Source: a virus (Duplodnaviria > Caudoviricetes). From it: a stretch of 25,287 nt of DNA. The stretch is taken from IMG/VR virus record IMGVR_UViG_3300027683_000020, positions 1 through 25,287 of that record, one strand, 5' to 3'. Position numbers and translations under genes: made by a program. Below are positions 18,047 through 25,287 of the stretch, piece by piece. The first letter of the stretch is position 1. Every line of letters begins with the position of its first letter. The notes under the pieces are model-generated. The model was not told where the DNA came from, did not search any database, and worked only from the letters and a program-made list of their open reading frames with translations.

Positions 18047-20446
18047 ATGGCTGAGTGGAAAAAGGTAGTAGTATCAGGTTCTAATGCTGAGTTAAATAGA
18101 ATATTGGCTAGTGGAGCTATTACAGGAAGTAGTGCTATTAGTGCTAGTGGGAAAATTTACGCGGGAATAACAACAGCTAATAATTCAAATGTTGTAACTT
18201 ACAATACTTCCACTGGGGAGTTTTCTTATACTGGTTCATCTAATGTTGGAGGTACTGGAATTTTTAATAATAGAACAACTTATTATGACACAGCTAATAC
18301 TCTCCAAATAACTGGTTCTACTCTTCGTTCTTCCCTTTCATCTAGTGGACTTGGGACTTCTTCAGATAGTAATGGGGGATCTTCTAATATATATGCTCTT
18401 TTAGTTAGTGAATCTATATATTCTTTTAATCATAATGTAGGATTTCCTACAGCTAATGCTTGGAAAGAAAATTTAGTTGGTTCTTATTTTAATTCTTTTG
18501 ATGCTAATACTAATGTATCTGAAATATTAAGATTTATAGCTGGTTTATTAAGCCAATCAGCTCCATCTCCTTCTCCAAATACTAGAACTTTTAGTGGTAT
18601 ACTTTCTTTATCAAGTAGTTTTGCTACTACTAGTATTCAAGGCTTAACCCCTTCAGAATCAAGTAATAGTGATATCTTATATTTAAGAAGTAAAGGATTC
18701 GCCAACTCAGGATCTGCTAGCTTTCATTTACCTTATGTTTTAGGGAGAGTTTATAGTGGATCTGATTTTTCATTTAGCTATTCTAGTTCAGCTGGGGGAG
18801 CTTTATCTATCAGCTCTTCAAACGATCAACAACTATTTGGGTTAGGTGAAAAAACTTTTATAGCTACTCTTAGTTCTTCCATAGTATATAAATTTTTTAG
18901 CAGTTCTAATGAATCAACACCAACTGAAACTTCAACAGTTAATAGGAGTATTACTTTAACAGGGACAAACCCTTCAGGGAATGGAGGTTTTAATAAATTT
19001 AGCATCCCAACAGCCAACCCAGCTGTTATTCCTTCTCAATTCCAAGATGGTAAATTTACAGGATCTTTTATTTCATCATACAATCCTGTAACTTTTCCAG
19101 GCCCTAGTAATCCAACAATTTTACCTTCAAGTTCAACAGGTTGGTATCATTTTTCTCAAAGTATAACTTTATATACTGGTTCACAACTTTTAGGTCTTGT
19201 TCAAATATCAAATGATAGAGTATTTAGATCTGGTTATACTCAAAGTTCTTTCCCAACTAATACTATAACCCATATACCAACTGTAACTCAACTTACAGCC
19301 ATTTCTAGGTCTTTATCAGGAGCACCTTACTTAACTCAATCTTCATATCTTTATTTATGTACTTCTAGTGGTATTTTTAATCCTATGTACGCTACAGCTT
19401 CTCAGCTGTTTGTTTTAACAACTGGAAGTGCATTTCTTAATAGGACTAATGGTAATCATATTCTGGGTATAGATTCTGCAGGTAGAATTAATACTAATTT
19501 TATAGTTTACTCCAGTAGTGTTAGTACAACTGCTAAAGCTGTTAGCTCATATCCAAGTCAAAATGATATTTTAAGAGTTACAGCTTCTTTTGAATTACTT
19601 CCAACCGCAGGCGCTTCAGGATCTGCTCAAATAGCTTTTACAGGTGCTAATACATCTTCTTCCATTTCAGCCTCTACTTATAATAGACTTAATAATCTTA
19701 TAGCTAGTGGAGCCACTGCTACATATTTTACAGCTGGTACATTTGGTCAAGATGCTGCTTCAGGCACTATGGCTTTATATAACAGACCTCAAGGATATGA
19801 CCCAGGACTTTTAACAAGTACTAGTGAGTCATTTCAAGGTGAAACTTATCGTCTTCAAATAACTGATAAACTTCTTTCTGGTTCTTATGCTTTAGGTGAA
19901 ACTTTTGTTACTAATTCTTTTATAGTTAATAATCTAGGATCAAAAGATCTCCAAGTTAAACCTAGTTACTTAGTTTTCCCAGGAGGAACTTATAAGTATT
20001 GGTTACCTAATCCTGATAGTGGTCAACTTTATAAATACTATGCTAGAGCTTTTAAACGAGTAGCCGCAGCTTCGTCTTTAACTTTAACAGTTGGTCAAGC
20101 TTTAATTCCTTGGACCAGTTCAGCCAATGGTATAGCTGTTGGATTTATATTTTCTTCATCAGGAATACCTGCTTTAGCTACTCCTAGATTATATGATCCT
20201 GTAGATACCGCTGCTAATTTTATTGAAACCACAGCCAATGATAATTTTAAAAATCCATTTAATACAAGTATAAGTATTTATGGTAATACTGGTGCTACTT
20301 CTCCTGTAAGTAATGTTTATACATTACCTTTAAGATCAGCTGATGAAATGCGTTTAAATGGAGCTAATTATTTAGATTTTGTTTTATTAATTAGATATAA
20401 AGGAGATCCTGTTCCTGTTTCATCTTCTATACTAACCTTTAGTTAA
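18047..20446 (+). CDS. Ser/Thr-rich tail fibre-like virion protein (799 aa)
   Basis: The N-terminus MAEWKKVVVSGSNAELN is similar to that of the 22751 gene. Composition is Ser/Thr/Gly-rich and beta-like, and it lies in the tail module. Confidence 0.65.
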   Translation: MAEWKKVVVSGSNAELNRILASGAITGSSAISASGKIYAGITTANNSNVVTYNTSTGEFSYTGSSNVGGTGIFNNRTTYYDTANTLQITGSTLRSSLSSSGLGTSSDSNGGSSNIYALLVSESIYSFNHNVGFPTANAWKENLVGSYFNSFDANTNVSEILRFIAGLLSQSAPSPSPNTRTFSGILSLSSSFATTSIQGLTPSESSNSDILYLRSKGFANSGSASFHLPYVLGRVYSGSDFSFSYSSSAGGALSISSSNDQQLFGLGEKTFIATLSSSIVYKFFSSSNESTPTETSTVNRSITLTGTNPSGNGGFNKFSIPTANPAVIPSQFQDGKFTGSFISSYNPVTFPGPSNPTILPSSSTGWYHFSQSITLYTGSQLLGLVQISNDRVFRSGYTQSSFPTNTITHIPTVTQLTAISRSLSGAPYLTQSSYLYLCTSSGIFNPMYATASQLFVLTTGSAFLNRTNGNHILGIDSAGRINTNFIVYSSSVSTTAKAVSSYPSQNDILRVTASFELLPTAGASGSAQIAFTGANTSSSISASTYNRLNNLIASGATATYFTAGTFGQDAASGTMALYNRPQGYDPGLLTSTSESFQGETYRLQITDKLLSGSYALGETFVTNSFIVNNLGSKDLQVKPSYLVFPGGTYKYWLPNPDSGQLYKYYARAFKRVAAASSLTLTVGQALIPWTSSANGIAVGFIFSSSGIPALATPRLYDPVDTAANFIETTANDNFKNPFNTSISIYGNTGATSPVSNVYTLPLRSADEMRLNGANYLDFVLLIRYKGDPVPVSSSILTFS

Positions 20447-20460
20447 TAAATTTTTAAACT

Positions 20461-22491
20461 ATGCCAATAGATAAAATAAAAAAATCAAATAGGTTACTAG
20501 CCAGTAGAAGATATACTCAGGAATCACTTAGTGATAACCAAGAAGCATTTACTAGAGTATTAGATTTAAACTCTTCTGAGATTTATATCCAACAAAATGC
20601 TATCCCTACATCTTCCCTTCCATATTCAAGTAGTGGTCAAGATCAGCTTTTTGTAACCTCAGGAAGTGAAGATATTCTAAAATTTTGGTATAGAAAACCA
20701 TTAACTCCTTCTCAAAATGATTTTGGTGGTCTCACTGAAACTTATTTCTTTTTAGATCCTGAACCTGGGGCTGATGTTGACCCTCAAACAATTCAGGCTT
20801 CTCAACAAACTAACTTTATTTCTCCTAAATACTCAGCTCCTTCTTTAGCTAATGCTACAACAGAAGATATAACTACAGGTTATAATGTTGTTATTAGAGT
20901 TAATGGAGCTACTGTAGGGGGGGCTACCTATCAATTTGATTATAAAACAGGAGTACTTCAATTTTCTTCTAGTATTCCTACTGCGGGTAGTACAGTCACA
21001 GCTACAGCTTATCAATATGTTGGAAAAACCTTAGATAGTTTTATATCTTCAGGATCAGGAGGAGGAACAGGAGCAGGTTTTCCTTTTACAGGTTCAGCTT
21101 TAATAACTGGTTCACTTGTAGTAACAGGTTCACTTACAGTTAGCAGTAGCACAGGTATAACATTAGTTGGTGGAGGAAATCTTATAGGTACTTCAAGTTT
21201 TGCTCAATATGCTTCTACTGTTTCTATTACTGATAATGGTATATCTGCTCCCTTTCCTATACTTTTTGAAAGTACAACTAATAATATAAGTAAAGATGCT
21301 TCTGATCTAACTTATAACCCTTCTTCAAATAGGTTAGTACTTAATGGAAATATATCTGCTAGTGGATTCACAGGTTCATTATTTGGAACTTCTAGTTGGG
21401 CCTCTAATGCTACTAGCGCTTCATATGCTTTAAATTCTAGTAACGCCACTAGCGCTTCATACGCTTTAAGTTCTAGCTACGCTATGAGCTCTAGCTATGT
21501 TATGAGCTCTAGTTATGCTATGAGCTCTAGTTATGCTATGAGCTCTAGTTATGCTTTTAAAGCAGATAGTGCTAATACAGCTAATACAGCTTCATGGGCT
21601 TCTAATGTTACTATCACTGAACAAAGTACAAATGCTAATTTTTCTATACTTTTTACTGGTAATGATGCCCAAATAAATAGAGACATTAGTCCTCAATTTG
21701 TATATAACCCAGGGACGAACACAGTATTACTCCAAGGGATTATGTCTGCTAGTGGATTTTCAGGTTCATTATTGGGAACTTCTAGTTGGGCCTCTAATGC
21801 TACTAGCGCTTCACACGCTAGAAGCTCTAGTTATGCTATGAGCTCTAGTTACGCTATGAGCTCTAGTTATGCTTTTAATGCCACTAGCGCTTCATATGCT
21901 TTAAATTCTAGCAACGCCACTAGTGCTTCATATGCTTTAAATTCTAGTAACGCCACTAGCGCTTCATATACCTTAAGTTCTAGTTACGCTATGAGCTCTA
22001 GTTATGCTTTTAAAGCAGTTAGTGCTGATACAGCTTCATCTGTAGGTACCTTAAATCAAAATGTTATAATAAATGGTAATTTAACAGTTGATGGTACAGC
22101 CACTTATATTAATGTTGATAATTTATTAGTTGAAGATAAATTTATATTATTAAATAGTGGGGCCTTAGGAGCAGCAGGTGTAGCTAATGAAGGTGGTATT
22201 GTAGTTCAAACATCTTCTAGTTTAGATGGAGGAGTATCTACAGCTTATGGTACCGCTATATTTTATGACCAAACAACTAATAGATGGATGGTAGCTAAAA
22301 GCAGTTCAGTTGCTTTTAACGCTACTTCTATAACAGTAGGAGCTACAACAGACTACATAGTTACTGTTAGTGCTTCAAATGGAGCCCCAACAGGTACTCC
22401 TGTTAATTTTGGTACCGGGAATGATAATTATTCAGTTGGTCAAATGTATATTAGGACAGATGGAGACCGTGATATTTATATATATGCTTAA
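20461..22491 (+). CDS. Tail fibre-like protein with hexapeptide repeats (676 aa)
   Basis: YQFDYKTGVLQF domain, GFPFTGSALITGSL module, (A)MSSSY/ATSASY repeats and GNLTVDGTATYINVDNLLVEDKFILLN, a fibre-type motif. Confidence 0.75.
   Translation: MPIDKIKKSNRLLASRRYTQESLSDNQEAFTRVLDLNSSEIYIQQNAIPTSSLPYSSSGQDQLFVTSGSEDILKFWYRKPLTPSQNDFGGLTETYFFLDPEPGADVDPQTIQASQQTNFISPKYSAPSLANATTEDITTGYNVVIRVNGATVGGATYQFDYKTGVLQFSSSIPTAGSTVTATAYQYVGKTLDSFISSGSGGGTGAGFPFTGSALITGSLVVTGSLTVSSSTGITLVGGGNLIGTSSFAQYASTVSITDNGISAPFPILFESTTNNISKDASDLTYNPSSNRLVLNGNISASGFTGSLFGTSSWASNATSASYALNSSNATSASYALSSSYAMSSSYVMSSSYAMSSSYAMSSSYAFKADSANTANTASWASNVTITEQSTNANFSILFTGNDAQINRDISPQFVYNPGTNTVLLQGIMSASGFSGSLLGTSSWASNATSASHARSSSYAMSSSYAMSSSYAFNATSASYALNSSNATSASYALNSSNATSASYTLSSSYAMSSSYAFKAVSADTASSVGTLNQNVIINGNLTVDGTATYINVDNLLVEDKFILLNSGALGAAGVANEGGIVVQTSSSLDGGVSTAYGTAIFYDQTTNRWMVAKSSSVAFNATSITVGATTDYIVTVSASNGAPTGTPVNFGTGNDNYSVGQMYIRTDGDRDIYIYA
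21355..22014 (+). repeat. Two blocks of 18-bp coding tandem repeats inside a ~390-bp internal duplication
   Basis: GCTATGAGCTCTAGTTAT-type units at ~21463-21555 and mixed 18/36-bp units at ~21800-22010. Both blocks follow near-identical TCTGCTAGTGGATT...GGAACTTCTAGTTGGGCCTCTAATGCTACTAGCGCTTCA at 21355 and 21745. Confidence 0.92.
22472..22480 (+). promoter_or_regulatory. ATATTTATA motif inside the 3' end of the upstream gene
   Basis: 31 nt before the ATG at 22512. It could be a chance match because it lies in coding sequence. Confidence 0.4.
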
Positions 22492-22511
22492 TAAATTAAA
22501 TCTATAATAAA

Positions 22512-22661
22512 ATGTTACAAGTAAGATTAGAACCTCAAGAAATACAATTTGCAATAGCAGCTATCCATAATGTACAAATTTATGGTAAAGATGCCCATAC
22601 AGTGTCAAACCTTTTAAGAAAATTTGAAGAAAAATTAGCTACAATACAAGAAGTAAAGTAA
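22512..22661 (+). CDS. Small helical protein (49 aa), paralogue of 17833..18042, missing from the ORF track
   Basis: MLQVRLEPQEIQFAIAAIHNVQIYGKDAHTVSNLLRKFEEKLATIQEVK* aligns without gaps to LEIEEAKYLLALVARSDFKGQDVQIVYNIALKLQE. Confidence 0.75.
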   Translation: MLQVRLEPQEIQFAIAAIHNVQIYGKDAHTVSNLLRKFEEKLATIQEVK

Positions 22662-22682
22662 AAACATATTATAGTGTTTATA

Positions 22683-22738
22683 CTATTGTTGGCCTGAAAG
22701 GGAAGTAGGCGATTTTAATTCGTATCTAACCACGATAG
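22683..22738 (+). ncRNA. Candidate structured cis-regulatory RNA (three-way junction with GAAA tetraloop) in the 5' leader of a fibre gene
   Basis: P1 CUAUUGU(U)GG/CCACGAUAG, P2 CCU-GAAA-GGG, P3 UAGGCGA/UCG(UA)UCUA. GC-rich intergenic island, no U-tail, ends 12 nt before the ATG. Confidence 0.5.
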
Positions 22739-22750
22739 AGAACCAGAAAC

Positions 22751-25279
22751 ATGCCAAGTTGGAGAAAAGTCATACTTTCCGGCAGTGACGCTGCCCTAAA
22801 TAGTTTAAATACTACATCAATAACAGCTTCTGTTGTTAGTGCTAGCCAATTTACTGGTTCTTTATTTGGTACTTCAAGTTGGGCTAATAATGTTATTAGT
22901 AGTTCCTTTGCAACTACTGCTTCATTTGGTCCTAATATTGGGAATACTAATTTAACCTTAACAGGTAATAGAATATTAACTTTTGGTAGTAATACTTTAA
23001 GATTTACCCATAATGGAGCTACAACCAATTTTAATAATGATGGAATTAATATATCAGGATCTCTTACATCCCAATATGCTTATATTTATGGGAAGCCTGC
23101 TACTCCTGGGGAGATTTATATATATGAGTCTCAGACTAATGGTAGCAGTTCAGTTCAATTAGTAGCGCCTAGTTCATTAACAAATGATGTTAGATTTATT
23201 CTCCCTTCGAGTACAGGATCAGGTGATAATTATGTTTTAAGGGATGATGGAGCAGGTACTTTGTCTTTTACTAATCAAGTACCAACAGCATCATTTGCGG
23301 TAACAGCTTCTTATGCAGCTACTGCTTCATTTGTTAGAAATGCTCAAACAGCTTCATTTTTACCTGTTGGGACTTATAACATCACTGCTTCATGGGCTCA
23401 GTCAGCATCCAATGCTATTAATGCTCAAACAGCTTCATTTTTACCTGTTGGGACTTATAATATAACTTCAAGTTGGGCTACTAATGCTGTTAGTGCTTCT
23501 TATGCTTTAACAGCTTCATATGCTGTTAATGCTAGTGCTGGGACTCTCCAAGAAGTAACAGAGCAGGGATCTAGTACAAATATTCCAATCACAGCCTCTA
23601 TAATTAGTGCTTCCTCATTTACTGGTTCTTTATTTGGTACTTCAAGTTGGGCTATATCAGCTTCAAGAGCTGTAAGTTCAAGCTATGCTTTAACAGCTTC
23701 TTTTGCTTTAAATGGAGGTGGTGGACTTTCAGGTAATCAATATGAAACAGTTTATTTTGAAAATACTAATGACCCTGCGGGAGCTACTTATGTAAATATT
23801 TATCCTCTTCAATCTGAAGGTTGGGGTTTTAAAGTAGGTAGAAATGAACCCACCCCCACTATTCCTAGTGGAGCTCATGTTTTAAAAGATAATAGAGAAT
23901 TATTTACTAATGCTAAAGTAGCAGTACAAGGTGAACCTTTTATCCTTTTAGGATTTGGACAAAAAAATGATGTCAGTTTAACAGCTACAGATAATTTTGA
24001 ACATCCTGGGATAGATGAATATGATGGGGGACTTATACCTGGGAGGGTTTATGGGGGAAGTTTAAAGTTAAGAAAAACTTTATATGGAATACAAGATGCT
24101 GATGGTAATACTAAGTTAGTCGCTGATGGGGGTTTTGTGGTTAAACCTTCCTCCCCAGGTTTTCTTGTAGGTCAAGGAGGTTATTATATATTTGAAAGTG
24201 CTTCAATGCAATTTAATGCTAGTGGAGCTTTAATTTCTCCTGTAACTAGTGCTAGTGTTAGATTAGGTTTAGCTACAGACAGTTCAAGTTTTACTATAGC
24301 TGTTGGTAAAAATAATTTACAAGATATTTTATTTATTTCTAGATCTGGGGCTGATGCTAGAATAGCAGTAGGAGGTAATTATAGAACTCCTAGAAATACC
24401 CTTGATATATCAGGCAGTTTAAGGGTTTTTACAAGTATAACCGCCTCAACTGTTAGTGCTAGTGGAGTTATATCAAGTAGCAATTTAAGTATAACAGGAT
24501 TCCCAAATGTCTCTGCTTCATTAGCTTCTTTATCTACTGGTGTAGGTACTTTACAACAAGTAACAGACGCTGGTAATACTACAACTAATCCTATTAGTTC
24601 TTCATTTGCTGGTGTAGGATTTTTTGGTACTGCTTCTTGGGCCATAAATGTTGTTAATGGGGGTGGTGGAGGAGGAGGTGGATCAGATTCAGCGTTCCTT
24701 AACCAATCTACAGCTGCTACTACGTGGTCTTTCGCCCATAATCTCGGTACTCAATACCCAGTCATAACAGTATATGATACTACAGGATTAGTCATTATTC
24801 CACAAGAAATTGACGGAGAAGATACTAACAACTTAAAAATATACTTCCCTACTTCCCAATCAGGTTATGCTACAGCTGTAGGTGGAACTTCAGCTTTAAC
24901 TTATTATAGCCAATCTTTAACTACAGCTTCTGTTAATCTTAATACAATTACCTTTACAAAAGGTGATGGTTCAACCTTCCCAATTACTGTTAATACAGGA
25001 AGTGGAGGGGGTGGTGGATCAGATTTTCCATACACTGGTTCAGCCATAATATCAGGTAGTTTAACAGTCACAGGAAGTGTTATCTCAACAGGTGGATTTA
25101 CAGGTTCTTTATTTGGGACATCAAGTTGGGCTACTAATGCTTTAACAGCATCATTCTTACCTGTTGGAACCTATAACATTACTGCTTCATGGGCCCAATC
25201 AGCTTCTAACGCTATCAACGCTAGAACAGCATCATTTTTACCTGTTGGAACTTATAGTGTAACAGCTTCATGGGCCTAA
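22751..25279 (+). CDS. Long mosaic tail fibre protein; apparent stop is suspect and the gene probably continues past the window
   Basis: MPSWRKVILSGSDAALN start, TASYA/TSSWA repeats, GTLQ(E/Q)VTxxG twice, TWSFAHNLGTQYPVITVYD domain and poly-Gly linkers. The terminal TAA replaces CAA of the repeat unit. Confidence 0.8.
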   Translation: MPSWRKVILSGSDAALNSLNTTSITASVVSASQFTGSLFGTSSWANNVISSSFATTASFGPNIGNTNLTLTGNRILTFGSNTLRFTHNGATTNFNNDGINISGSLTSQYAYIYGKPATPGEIYIYESQTNGSSSVQLVAPSSLTNDVRFILPSSTGSGDNYVLRDDGAGTLSFTNQVPTASFAVTASYAATASFVRNAQTASFLPVGTYNITASWAQSASNAINAQTASFLPVGTYNITSSWATNAVSASYALTASYAVNASAGTLQEVTEQGSSTNIPITASIISASSFTGSLFGTSSWAISASRAVSSSYALTASFALNGGGGLSGNQYETVYFENTNDPAGATYVNIYPLQSEGWGFKVGRNEPTPTIPSGAHVLKDNRELFTNAKVAVQGEPFILLGFGQKNDVSLTATDNFEHPGIDEYDGGLIPGRVYGGSLKLRKTLYGIQDADGNTKLVADGGFVVKPSSPGFLVGQGGYYIFESASMQFNASGALISPVTSASVRLGLATDSSSFTIAVGKNNLQDILFISRSGADARIAVGGNYRTPRNTLDISGSLRVFTSITASTVSASGVISSSNLSITGFPNVSASLASLSTGVGTLQQVTDAGNTTTNPISSSFAGVGFFGTASWAINVVNGGGGGGGGSDSAFLNQSTAATTWSFAHNLGTQYPVITVYDTTGLVIIPQEIDGEDTNNLKIYFPTSQSGYATAVGGTSALTYYSQSLTTASVNLNTITFTKGDGSTFPITVNTGSGGGGGSDFPYTGSAIISGSLTVTGSVISTGGFTGSLFGTSSWATNALTASFLPVGTYNITASWAQSASNAINARTASFLPVGTYSVTASWA
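23339..23490 (+). repeat. 81-bp (27-aa) tandem repeat NAQTASFLPVGTYNITASWAQSASNAI, first pair
   Basis: Copies start at 23339 and 23420. Confidence 0.9.
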
Positions 25280-25287
25280 TCAGCTTC
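25145..25287 (+). repeat. 81-bp (27-aa) tandem repeat, second pair, running to the window end
   Basis: Copies start at 25145 and 25226 (ACAGCATCATT...CCTGTTGGAAC...). Confidence 0.9.

Noticed and set aside
21463-22010. Short direct repeats resembling a CRISPR array
   Set aside because: The units are contiguous, 18 bp, in frame, have no unique spacers and lie inside a CDS. No cas genes are present.
22683-22738. Hammerhead ribozyme, c-di-GMP riboswitch or terminator as the identity of the structured element
   Set aside because: There is no CUGANGA core, I could not match the c-di-GMP consensus by eye, and there is no U-tract. It is left as an unassigned candidate.
1501-24645. Minus-strand ORFs in the track (1501, 5829, 7908, 8706, 11101, 18826, 22726, 24379)
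   Set aside because: All lie antisense to long, well-supported + strand genes and read as codon-bias shadows with no recognisable motifs.
1-25287. Stop-codon reassignment (alternative genetic code)
   Set aside because: Genes are long and tightly packed under the standard code, with no fragmentation at TAG or TGA.
23339-25287. Diversity-generating retroelement TR/VR pair among the fibre repeats
   Set aside because: Differences between copies are mostly synonymous and not adenine-specific, all copies are coding, and no reverse transcriptase is in the window.

Overview
AT-rich, single-orientation (+ strand) tail morphogenesis region of a large contractile-tailed (myovirus-type) bacteriophage. 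Gene order: 5'-truncated tail terminator-like gene, small coiled-coil gene, tail sheath, T4 gp19-like tail tube, a gp26/gp51-like tail assembly chaperone pair probably joined by a ribosomal frameshift, a 2337-aa tape measure protein, baseplate genes (tube initiator-like, LysM/gp53-like, hub-like), then several Ser/Thr/Gly-rich fibre-like genes interleaved with small helical ORFs. A recurring ATATTTAT(A/T) motif precedes many genes and is probably a phage late promoter. SD-less, A-rich starts hint at a Bacteroidota host (inference). The most unusual items are a compact GC-rich three-way-junction RNA element in front of the last fibre gene, the frameshift site, a repeated 'small ORF + WKKVxxSGS fibre' module, a pervasive [ST]-[GAS]-S motif in surface proteins and a repeat-plus-cargo C-terminus in the tape measure protein. 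All product calls come from motif recognition and synteny, not from database searches.
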